A stretch of DNA of 52,191 bases from Clostridium sp. GTDB lineage: Bacteria; Bacillota; Clostridia; Clostridiales; Clostridiaceae. Below the pieces are notes generated by a model, which ran no database searches, had not been told where the DNA came from, and saw only the letters and a list, made by a program, of their open reading frames with translations. The translations under genes were made by a program, and so were the position numbers. Position 1 is the stretch's first letter; the number at the start of each line of letters is the position of its first letter. This document shows, one piece after another, positions 1 to 8,495 of the stretch. Location of the stretch: NCBI GenBank assembly GCA_024409095.1, contig JAKSUK010000001.1, positions 1 to 52,191 of the forward strand, read 5' to 3'.

Positions 1-1000
1 AGCTAGTAGTATTGTAGATTATGAACTAATCTGGAAAATAGTAGGATTCTTCCCATTTATATTTAATATAGAAGTAAATCCTATAATAAAAGATTTTATA
101 GCTGCTAAATATAGTGATAAATCCTTAGCACCTTTTGAGGAAGGTATAAGAAATTTAATAAATACAGCAAGCACTGAACAGTTAAAAACAGTGATAAGAA
201 CAACTATCTCTAATAATATTGATAGAATGATTAATAGAAAAAGAGATTATATTGATAGCTGTAGACGTACAATAAAAGAATACACACAATCAATAGAAAA
301 TCAATATAGAGATCTTGCAAAATGTTCTCTAGAATATGAATCTTTATTACTTCAAAAAGCAAATATGAACGAAAATACTGAGAATCAGACAAATAGCTTC
401 GTAGATTATTTATTAAGACTGAAACATGTAAAGGTACATGAAGTAAGAGCTAATTATAATAAAATCTACTTAAAATTTGAAGTACCCTTAACTTCATATG
501 ATCCAGAAGCTTGCGAACGTATACTAAGAAGTTTAAATCGTCAAGCTGAAGATGAAAATTACAAAAGAGTTATAAGAGCTTTACAAAAGATACTATTAGA
601 AGAAGAATATACTATGACAATCTCAGCCATAGTCGTTATAAACTTTGAAGATAGGCAAATCTTTGTAAATCAAAACAATAGAGATGGTTATACAACTTTA
701 TATAACCCACATTTATATCATTTTAACTGTTGGGGTGATAATAGTTCTAGAATCTATGACGCTTTAAGTAAAGGTGAATTAGAAACTATGGTAAATTTTA
801 TATCTATGGCAGTTCAAAACATCAATTTCACAGATATTACTGTGATTAATAGATGGATAAGAACATTAGAAAGTGAAATAAATGAAATCCCAGCTGCAAC
901 TAACTTTATAGATATGAAATCTATAAAAGATACTGATGGTATTGAGTATACTCTAAGAGAAATTATTGAAATAATGGAGAAAGAAGGAGAAGATCTATGA
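1..1000 (+). CDS. 3' part of a prokaryotic E2-like (ubiquitin-conjugating-like) protein with a coiled-coil middle region; begins at 51713 across the circular junction (~492 aa total)
   Basis: Frame is open from position 2 to the stop at 1000. C-terminal NPHLYHFNCWG resembles the HPH..C(L/W)G signature of prokaryotic E2 folds (Cys codon 728-730). Lies between the Ubl and JAB genes. Confidence 0.7.
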   Translation, partial: ASSIVDYELIWKIVGFFPFIFNIEVNPIIKDFIAAKYSDKSLAPFEEGIRNLINTASTEQLKTVIRTTISNNIDRMINRKRDYIDSCRRTIKEYTQSIENQYRDLAKCSLEYESLLLQKANMNENTENQTNSFVDYLLRLKHVKVHEVRANYNKIYLKFEVPLTSYDPEACERILRSLNRQAEDENYKRVIRALQKILLEEEYTMTISAIVVINFEDRQIFVNQNNRDGYTTLYNPHLYHFNCWGDNSSRIYDALSKGELETMVNFISMAVQNINFTDITVINRWIRTLESEINEIPAATNFIDMKSIKDTDGIEYTLREIIEIMEKEGEDL

Positions 1001-1806
1001 GAAATATACAAATCACTGATGAAGTAAAACAAAAAGCTATAGAAGAATTTATAGCTAAATTAAATAATGAAAGAACAAACAATAATAGCATAAGCGTCAC
1101 AATGCGTTTAGACGACTTAAAGTTTAAAGAAAGGGTACAAGTATACTTCACTCCTAAAGCATGGCTTAAAATGTGGTCTTTAGTCCATACAGAACCTAAA
1201 GAAATAGGATGGCACGGTACAGTACAAAAAATAGACAAATATAATTATATTATTAAAGACATATTAATGTATCCTCAGTATACAACAGGAGTTACAGTAC
1301 AAACTGATGATGTAGAATATGGAAATTGGTTAATTAAAGAACTAGATGATGATACATTAAATTCTTTAAGATTCCATGGACATAGCCACGTTAATATGGC
1401 TACAACACCTTCAGGAGTAGATGATGCTTGGTATCAACAAATCTTAGATTCATTAAATAAAAATGATTTCTATATATTTATGATAGCAAATAAAAGAGAA
1501 GAGTTCTTTATAGAAATCTATGATCTAGAAAATAATGCTATATATGAGAAAAAAGATATAGATATAGTAGCATTATTAGATGATGATACATCACTTCAAG
1601 ACTGGGTTGCAACTGAGAAAAATAAAAATATAAAACAAAAACAAGCAGCTAAAAAAGCACCAACTAAATTAGAAGATTTAGAAGATGCCTGGTATATGGA
1701 TGATTATGCTATAGGCAATCAAATAGCTAAATCATATAATAAAAAATCAAAAAATAAAACTGAAAGATGGTCAGACTACATTAACAATTTCTATGGAGGT
1801 TATTAA
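997..1806 (+). CDS. JAB/MPN+ metalloprotease (deubiquitinase-like)
   Basis: N-terminal Glu (EIGWHG) plus HSHVNMATTPSGVD, i.e. the HxH-x7-S-x2-D JAMM motif. ATGA overlap with the upstream stop. Confidence 0.88.
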   Translation: MRNIQITDEVKQKAIEEFIAKLNNERTNNNSISVTMRLDDLKFKERVQVYFTPKAWLKMWSLVHTEPKEIGWHGTVQKIDKYNYIIKDILMYPQYTTGVTVQTDDVEYGNWLIKELDDDTLNSLRFHGHSHVNMATTPSGVDDAWYQQILDSLNKNDFYIFMIANKREEFFIEIYDLENNAIYEKKDIDIVALLDDDTSLQDWVATEKNKNIKQKQAAKKAPTKLEDLEDAWYMDDYAIGNQIAKSYNKKSKNKTERWSDYINNFYGGY

Positions 1807-1808
1807 TT

Positions 1809-2474
1809 ATGATAAGTATCGTAAAACAAAAAGAATATTTTAATCCTATGACAGATATAACAGCACCAATACATGTTATAGGAGTAGGAGCTATAGGGTC
1901 TACAATAGCTACAATGTTAGCTAGAATGGGGGTACAAAAGATAAACATATATGATTTTGATAATGTTGAAGCAAAAAATGTATGTAATCAAGAATACTTT
2001 GATGACCAAATTGGAGCACCTAAAGTAGTTGCTATAGGAGAAACATTAAAAAGAATTAATCCTGACATTGAATTAAAAATATACCCAGATGGTTACTCAG
2101 AACTGAATAGATTAGCAGGTTATGTATTTCTATGTGTAGATAATATAGATCTAAGAAGAGAAATTACAGAAAAATGTAAACAAATATTAGCTGTAAAAGC
2201 TGTGTTTGACTTCAGAATGAGATTAACTGATGCTCAACACTATGCAGCTAAACAAAAAGATTTAGATTATTTACTAAAAACAATGAATTTTACACATGAA
2301 GAAGCTAAGACTGAGACACCTGTATCAGCTTGTGGTACAGAATTAAATGTTATTACAACAGTAAGAACAATCTGTTCATTAGGTTTAAGTAATTTCATAA
2401 ATTTAGTAAAAGAAGATAAATTAAAGAAAATGATCATTGTAGATTTAAAAGAATTTACAATAGACGCATTTTAA
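1809..2474 (+). CDS. ThiF/E1-like adenylyltransferase (Ubl-activating enzyme)
   Basis: GVGAIGS Rossmann loop, DFDNVEAKNVCNQ, CVDN..R, and a candidate catalytic Cys in VSACG. Confidence 0.9.
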   Translation: MISIVKQKEYFNPMTDITAPIHVIGVGAIGSTIATMLARMGVQKINIYDFDNVEAKNVCNQEYFDDQIGAPKVVAIGETLKRINPDIELKIYPDGYSELNRLAGYVFLCVDNIDLRREITEKCKQILAVKAVFDFRMRLTDAQHYAAKQKDLDYLLKTMNFTHEEAKTETPVSACGTELNVITTVRTICSLGLSNFINLVKEDKLKKMIIVDLKEFTIDAF

Positions 2475-2486
2475 AATATATTTTAA

Positions 2487-2728
2487 TATAGTGTAGTAAT
2501 AACTTTTATAAGAAATTATAAGGGAACATTTAATTAAATTAAATGAAACAACAAGTAAAAACGAGGAATCCAAGTTATCCAGAATCTTCCTGACGCTGGA
2601 TTGGCATCAGTATCACAGAATACCTTGATTCAAAACATATTCATGTATGAATTCTGCATCCTACACCTTCAGAGGTGTTCACCTGCAGCAGATCCCACTG
2701 ATGGATTATCAATATTTGGTACACTATA
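2487..2728 (+). ncRNA. Retron-like msr/msd ncRNA, unit 1 (upstream of RT)
   Basis: Terminal inverted repeat TATAGTGTA (2487-2495)/TACACTATA (2720-2728), followed by unpaired G2496. Two msr-like hairpins (2503-2524, 2527-2545), then a multi-hairpin msd-like region. Confidence 0.72.
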
Positions 2729-2745
2729 AAAAGGAGAGATATAAA

Positions 2746-3840
2746 ATGTTTGTAACATTCTATAAAAGAGAAGAAAAAGTAATAAATAATTATTCAATTA
2801 TTGATTATTTAAATAATGTAGATTTTAATAAAATTGAAACTATAAAAAATACAAAAATTACAGTTGAAACAACAAAAAATCCAAAAAGTTTCGATATAGA
2901 AAATCTCCACAACATTGTAACAAAATTAAAAACTATAGCTGATAAATATATAAATAAAAACATAGATGATTATTACTATAGTTTCTTAATTCCTAAAAAG
3001 ACTGGAGGCTTCAGAAGAATAGAAGCACCTGTAGATGAATTAAAAACAGATTTAAAAGAAATGTTAAGAATAATACAAGATGAAATGAGAGTATTAGTAC
3101 ACTCTTCAGCATATGCTTATGAGAAAAATAAAACATTTATAGATGCTTTAAAAGTACATCAAAGAAATAGTTCAAACTGGTTTCTAAAATTAGATCTTAA
3201 AGACTTTTTTGGAAGCTGTACTGAAGAATTAGTAATACAAAAAATGATGGAAATTTATCCATTTAATAATTTAACTTATGAAGAAATACAAAGTTTTATA
3301 TGGATATGCTTTAAAGATAATCATTTACCACAAGGAACACCTATCAGCCCATTCATAACTAACTTGATAATGGTTCCATTTGATTATAAAATGACAGCAC
3401 ATGCAAATAAAAATAAATTGAGGTATACTAGATATGCTGATGATATTATAATATCTAGTTATTTACAAATAGAAAAATCAAAAACAGAAAAATATGTAGA
3501 AAGACTTCTAGAATTATATTATTCAGGTCTAAAAATCAAACATGAAAAAACAAGATATGGATCTAAAAATGGAAGAAACTGGAACCTAGGACTGATGTAT
3601 AATAAAGATAGAGACATCACAGTAGGTTACAGACGTAAAAAAATATATAAAGCAATGCTAAATAACTTATTTAAAAGCATTGCTGATGGAGTTATTCCCG
3701 AAAAAGATGAATTATATCACTTTCAGGGAGTAACAGCTTATTATAAATCAATTGAACCGATATATTTCAATAAAATAATTGAACAATATCAAGAAAAATT
3801 TAATATACGTTTATCAGACATTTATAAAAAATTTCTTTAA
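2746..3840 (+). CDS. Retron-type reverse transcriptase (364 aa)
   Basis: IPKKTGGFRRIEAP, AYAY..K...DALKVH (region X-like), LKLDLKDFF, LPQGTPISP, YTRYADD, and NLGL at the VTG position. RBS AAGGAG at 2731 favours ATG 2746 over 2647. Confidence 0.9.
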   Translation: MFVTFYKREEKVINNYSIIDYLNNVDFNKIETIKNTKITVETTKNPKSFDIENLHNIVTKLKTIADKYINKNIDDYYYSFLIPKKTGGFRRIEAPVDELKTDLKEMLRIIQDEMRVLVHSSAYAYEKNKTFIDALKVHQRNSSNWFLKLDLKDFFGSCTEELVIQKMMEIYPFNNLTYEEIQSFIWICFKDNHLPQGTPISPFITNLIMVPFDYKMTAHANKNKLRYTRYADDIIISSYLQIEKSKTEKYVERLLELYYSGLKIKHEKTRYGSKNGRNWNLGLMYNKDRDITVGYRRKKIYKAMLNNLFKSIADGVIPEKDELYHFQGVTAYYKSIEPIYFNKIIEQYQEKFNIRLSDIYKKFL

Positions 3841-3977
3841 TGATAGAAAAATTAAAATTACAGGTATCGATAAATACTGTCGTAATTCTCTTGATTAAAT
3901 TAAGAGTACAACAAAAACTACAATCATCTTAGAACTGCGAGAAGCAAGCTGGTCTTCTCTCATTAAGTATCATTAAA
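3836..3977 (+). ncRNA. Retron-like msr/msd ncRNA, unit 2 (downstream of RT)
   Basis: Perfect 10-bp IR TTTAATGATA (3836-3845)/TATCATTAAA (3968-3977), followed by G3846. Hairpins at 3856-3887 and 3888-3906 with the same ATTAAATTAA and ACAACAA motifs as unit 1. Confidence 0.62.
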
Positions 3978-4096
3978 CAAAAGAAAGAGACTATAAAATA
4001 GTCTCTTCCTCAATACTAACATTCACCATTGATCAAGTTTAACATCAATCATCAGAGTCATACAGATCAAATATAGAATATCAAATAAGGAGGGAT

Positions 4097-4507
4097 ATGT
4101 CAATGGATTTAATAGAAATTCGTATGTATGAACTAGAATTTTTAGAACTATGTAAAAGATTACACAGTGTAAATAATAGTTTAATGGATATAAAAAGCTT
4201 TTTTAAATTAATGAGTAACTATTGTAAAGCACCTTTTGGTATATTAAATGAATTAACTAAAGAAATCTTTGAAAAAAGATATGCACCAAGAGAATATGAA
4301 ATAGTTATGTTATTCAATAGAAAAAGCACTTATACGAATAAACAAATAGCACATGTATTAAATATGTCTGAAAGAAAAGTATATAGACTTCTAGAAAGAC
4401 ATGAAGAAATATATCCTAGAACAACAAAAGAGCAACAAGATGCCATTTGTGAGTTAATGATGACATACGAAAAAATGTTTAAAGCAGACTATCTTAACTT
4501 ATTATAG
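4097..4507 (+). CDS. HTH DNA-binding protein
   Basis: YTNKQIAHVLNMSERKVYRLL helix-turn-helix; RBS AAGGAGG. Confidence 0.7.
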   Translation: MSMDLIEIRMYELEFLELCKRLHSVNNSLMDIKSFFKLMSNYCKAPFGILNELTKEIFEKRYAPREYEIVMLFNRKSTYTNKQIAHVLNMSERKVYRLLERHEEIYPRTTKEQQDAICELMMTYEKMFKADYLNLL

Positions 4508-4516
4508 GAGGCAAAT

Positions 4517-4954
4517 ATGACTAAAGAAGCAAAAGAACAATGTTGGGCACAATTTAAAGCACTACAAGAAAAAGCAATATCAATGAATCACTATGATTTA
4601 GCAAGAACAACATCAATACAAGACATAGAGTTATGGAAAGAGTTCTTGATAGACCCAGAAGTGACTGCATATATTGAAAGAGAATCAGAAATACTAACAA
4701 AAACAGAATTAAGAAAACTAGCATCAGACGTATCAGACTCAAGATCAGTAGGTCAAGCACAATTAATTAATGCTATGAGTAAATTAGCAGATATAAAAAC
4801 AGCAAAAGAAGGACCTATATTCATATACAGTTATGTACCTCTAAATAAAAATCAAAAACAAGCTGAAAATGTTGTAGAGTTAGAGGAAGATATATTCCAA
4901 GTAGAAGAAGCACCAATGACTGTAGAAAACGATACTGAAGATGAAATATTTTAG
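4517..4954 (+). CDS. Hypothetical protein with acidic C-terminus
   Basis: ORF with RBS AGGAGG, tightly packed in the operon. Confidence 0.75.
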   Translation: MTKEAKEQCWAQFKALQEKAISMNHYDLARTTSIQDIELWKEFLIDPEVTAYIERESEILTKTELRKLASDVSDSRSVGQAQLINAMSKLADIKTAKEGPIFIYSYVPLNKNQKQAENVVELEEDIFQVEEAPMTVENDTEDEIF

Positions 4955-4962
4955 GAGGTAAT

Positions 4963-5286
4963 ATGGAAGTATCAGCAAGAACAAGGTTAAATGTAAATAG
5001 TTATATGCTTAAAAAGTTTAAAAAGAAAAATGTAAAAGCATATCAATTAATTAAGAAAATGTTAGAAGTAGTATATGAACTATATTTAATAGAACATGAT
5101 ATAAATTTCTTCAGAACTACAGAAATAATTAAATTAGCTAAAATAGATGGATATTATTCAAATATAACAGTAGCAATAAGAAAATTATTAAAAGAAGAAG
5201 GATTTGAAACAGATATTAAAGTTTTTTTAATAAGTGCTGTAGAAGAAATAATAGATAAGACTGAGAACGGATTGGAGGAGTTTTAA
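4963..5286 (+). CDS. Hypothetical protein
   Basis: RBS AGGAGG; TAATG coupling to the next gene. Confidence 0.7.
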   Translation: MEVSARTRLNVNSYMLKKFKKKNVKAYQLIKKMLEVVYELYLIEHDINFFRTTEIIKLAKIDGYYSNITVAIRKLLKEEGFETDIKVFLISAVEEIIDKTENGLEEF

Positions 5287-6668
5287 TGATTGAAAATTTA
5301 AGACCTTATCAAGTAGAAGACATGGAAAAATTAAAAACAAAAAAAGCAATGGGATGTTTTAATGAACAAAGAACAGGTAAAACACCTACATCTTTAGTAA
5401 CATTAGATTCTGAAGGTTACAAAAAGATTTTAATTGTTACAGTTCCTTCAGCAGTTTTACAATGGAAAGATGAATTTGAAAAATGGACAGGAAGACCTTG
5501 CATAGCTGTATATGGTACAAAACAAAAAAGAGAAGAGCAAATTAAACAATGGACTGATGGACTTGTAATAAGTTACGATGCTCTTAAAGAAATAAAACCT
5601 AAAGTAAAAGATAAAGCAACAATGGAAACTACAAAAGGACGTAAAGGGCATATAGAAGAGATCTTAGATGCAGATCCTGAAGCAGTAATAATAGATGAAG
5701 CACATAAAATTAAGAATCCTTCAGCATCAGTAACAAAAACTATATTCAAATTAAAAGGTATAGAAAGAAAATTAGCACTAACAGGAACACCAGCACCAAA
5801 TAAACCTTATGAAATTTATTCAATATTACATTTTTTATATCCAAATATTTTTAAAACATACTGGACATTTATAAACAATTATTTTCAAACAAGAAAAGTA
5901 AATATGGCAGGTCACTCATTTGTAGATATAGGTGACTTTAAATCAGGAATGAAGCACAAATTACAAATGCAACTTAGTTTTATATCAACAAATAGAAAAA
6001 GAATAGATGTAATGCCATGGTTACCTAAAAAAGATTACCAACAAATTAAATTAGAACCAACAAAAGAGCAAAAGAAATATCTATCAGAACTAGGAAAATA
6101 CTTTGAAACAGAGCATGTAATTGTTGAAGGAGTTTTAGATAGACTTATAAGAGAAAGACAAATATGTTTAGCACCTGAATTAATAGGGCTAAAAGGAAAA
6201 TCACCTAAAATAGACTGGATAAAACAATACATTAAAGATTATCCTGAGAAACCAATGATCATATTTAGTAAATTCACATCTTTTTTAAAAATTTTAGAAA
6301 AAGAATTGCAAGGCGAAAACTTTTATAGTATCATTGGAAGTACATTGACAGAGAGAAGAAATGAATATAAAAAAGCATTTCAAAACGGACAAACTAACAT
6401 ACTTCTAATCCAGTTAGATGTAGGGAAAGAAGCGTTAACACTAGATAGAGCTGAGACAATAATCTTTTGTGATAAATACCCTCCAGCTTCAGACATAAGT
6501 CAGGCTGAAGATAGATTTATAGCTACAACAAAAGAAAAAGCAGACAAGCCACATACAATTATAGAGTTAATGATGAAAGATACCTACGATGAGCAACTAT
6601 ATGAGCTTGTAAGATTAAGAAAAACTGACACTGATATAATTAATGATTATAAGAAATATATACAATAG
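5286..6668 (+). CDS. SNF2-family (SF2) helicase
   Basis: LRPYQ Q-motif, TGKT Walker A, DEAH, LTGTP, QAEDR motif VI. Confidence 0.9.
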   Translation: MIENLRPYQVEDMEKLKTKKAMGCFNEQRTGKTPTSLVTLDSEGYKKILIVTVPSAVLQWKDEFEKWTGRPCIAVYGTKQKREEQIKQWTDGLVISYDALKEIKPKVKDKATMETTKGRKGHIEEILDADPEAVIIDEAHKIKNPSASVTKTIFKLKGIERKLALTGTPAPNKPYEIYSILHFLYPNIFKTYWTFINNYFQTRKVNMAGHSFVDIGDFKSGMKHKLQMQLSFISTNRKRIDVMPWLPKKDYQQIKLEPTKEQKKYLSELGKYFETEHVIVEGVLDRLIRERQICLAPELIGLKGKSPKIDWIKQYIKDYPEKPMIIFSKFTSFLKILEKELQGENFYSIIGSTLTERRNEYKKAFQNGQTNILLIQLDVGKEALTLDRAETIIFCDKYPPASDISQAEDRFIATTKEKADKPHTIIELMMKDTYDEQLYELVRLRKTDTDIINDYKKYIQ

Positions 6669-6680
6669 CAGTGAAAGGAG

Positions 6681-7670
6681 GTGATACAGATGGCAAACGG
6701 AAATCCAATATTTAAATTTGAAACAGCAAAAAGACAAAAATGTAAAGCTGCAATTATGATTGAAGGGCTACCTGGTAAAGGTAAAACAGGTTTAGCTTTA
6801 TTAATAGGTTACTATTTGGCAGGGGAAAAATGGGATAAAGTGTTTCATATAGACACTGAAAACAAATCAGCTAACTTATTCGTAAACATTCCTTCATCAA
6901 ATGGTGGGAAATATGGTGAATTCATGGTTGGACAATTAACTTCAGACATAGGATTCAAACCTACAAACTTCATAGCATTTAGAGAAGCAGCAATAGAAGC
7001 AGGAGCTGAAGTAGTAATTAAAGATAGTATTTCACATGCATGGCAATACAAAGGTGGTATACTAGATTTATTAAACGATGCAAAAAACAGAGATGCTAGA
7101 TATGCTAAAGACTCTTATGCAGCTTGGGGAGATGCTACAGTTTCTAAAGAGAAAAATGAATTATTAAATCTTATTAGAGATCACAGAACACATGTTATTA
7201 CTACAGTAAGAGTTAAAGAAAAAATGGAATATGTACCTGATGAAACAGGTAAATTAAAATTACAATCTTTAGGAGAACAACAAATTCAACAAGCAGACTT
7301 AAAATATGAACCTGATTTAGTATTACAAATGCTAGAACCAGGAAGTAACAAAAATGGAGTAGTTAAACATCCAGTAGCTTTATGTACAAAATCAAGATAT
7401 GCTATATTCGAAGAAGGACAAGAATATACATTCACACCTGAAATACTAGAACAATTAAAGAATTATCTAGAAGAAGGTGCAGATCCAGATGAATTAATAG
7501 CAGCTCAAAAAGAAGAGTATATCAAAGCAGTTACAGAATATTTAAGTAACAAAACAGCAGCTAAAACAGTTTGGAATGAATTAAAAAAACAAGCTGGTTA
7601 TGCAGATGTTAAATTAAAAGATTTACCTTTAGATGTAATAAAAACATTATATGTAAAAATAACAATGTAG
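6681..7670 (+). CDS. AAA ATPase, Sak4/AAA_24-like single-strand annealing protein
   Basis: GLPGKGKT Walker A, IDTE, DSISHAW. Start may be ATG 6690. Confidence 0.8.
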   Translation: MIQMANGNPIFKFETAKRQKCKAAIMIEGLPGKGKTGLALLIGYYLAGEKWDKVFHIDTENKSANLFVNIPSSNGGKYGEFMVGQLTSDIGFKPTNFIAFREAAIEAGAEVVIKDSISHAWQYKGGILDLLNDAKNRDARYAKDSYAAWGDATVSKEKNELLNLIRDHRTHVITTVRVKEKMEYVPDETGKLKLQSLGEQQIQQADLKYEPDLVLQMLEPGSNKNGVVKHPVALCTKSRYAIFEEGQEYTFTPEILEQLKNYLEEGADPDELIAAQKEEYIKAVTEYLSNKTAAKTVWNELKKQAGYADVKLKDLPLDVIKTLYVKITM

Positions 7671-7682
7671 GAGGAACTGAAG

Positions 7683-7997
7683 ATGGAAGATATAGATATG
7701 ACTGAAGAACTTGTAGAACCAGTTAATCAAAGCTGTATCAGAGATTTAAATGAAGTAGCATATGAAGAGCTGACAGAAGAAGAAAAGAAAGGGCTTATCG
7801 CTGCTTTAAAATTAAAATGTAACAGCTTAGATAATATAGCACAACAAGCGTTTGAAAATAATAAAAGAATTGAAGAAACTTATAAAAATAAGTTAAGAAA
7901 AATTGAAGACGCTTTAACATTCATAAGAACACAAAGTAGACAAAGCACAATGACTATTGATTTAGTTATAAGAGAATTAGAAAGAGAGGTACGTTAA
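7683..7997 (+). CDS. Hypothetical coiled-coil protein
   Basis: RBS AGGAGG; heptad-like composition. Confidence 0.7.
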   Translation: MEDIDMTEELVEPVNQSCIRDLNEVAYEELTEEEKKGLIAALKLKCNSLDNIAQQAFENNKRIEETYKNKLRKIEDALTFIRTQSRQSTMTIDLVIRELEREVR

Positions 7998-7999
7998 AA

Positions 8000-8491
8000 A
8001 TGGCAATTAATTTTGATTCATTACCAAATAGCAAAGGAACAGGAGCATTTAAACCAGCAGCACCTGGAACATATTTTGCAACAATAGAAGGTGCAGATAT
8101 GAAAACACCTAAAGATACTACTAAAAAAGATTATTTAAATCTTAAATTAAAATTAACAACAGTAGATGGAAAATCAGCTGGAGTAGTATTTGATATTATA
8201 TCTGAAAGTGAAGCTTCATTAATGATGTATAAATTAAAAAGATTTTTAAGAGCAATAGAAGTTGAATTCTCAGGAGATTTCGAATTAACTGATGTTCAAA
8301 AATTATGCTTAAATAAAGAAATAATTGTAGACATTAAAAATGAAAAAGATTTAAAAGGTGAAGATAGAGCAGTTGTAGATTTATTTACAAATGAAATCTA
8401 TTACAAAAAAAGTGAAGCTAATGAAATTTTCGGAATAGATACTACAGAAAAAGAAGAAAAATCTGTAGAAGAAATTATTGATGAGTTCTAA
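8000..8491 (+). CDS. DUF669-like ssDNA-binding protein
   Basis: PGTYFATIEGA...YLNLKL pattern, acidic tail ending DEF, near the Sak4-like ATPase. Confidence 0.7.
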   Translation: MAINFDSLPNSKGTGAFKPAAPGTYFATIEGADMKTPKDTTKKDYLNLKLKLTTVDGKSAGVVFDIISESEASLMMYKLKRFLRAIEVEFSGDFELTDVQKLCLNKEIIVDIKNEKDLKGEDRAVVDLFTNEIYYKKSEANEIFGIDTTEKEEKSVEEIIDEF

Positions 8492-8495
8492 TTAA

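Noticed and set aside
1809-2474. ThiF/MoeB as a thiamine or molybdopterin auxiliary metabolic gene
   Set aside because: No thiG, thiS-GG or moa genes; the context is E2-like plus JAB plus Ubl.
2647-2745. N-terminal extension of the RT in the ORF track
   Set aside because: No RBS at 2647, it lies within the structured ncRNA, and ATG 2746 has AAGGAG at proper spacing.
2746-3840. RT as part of a diversity-generating retroelement or group II intron
   Set aside because: Motifs are retron-like (LPQG, YADD, short 364 aa). No Avd gene or TR/VR pair differing at adenines was seen by eye, and there is no maturase/endonuclease domain or intron-sized RNA. A self-alignment would confirm this.
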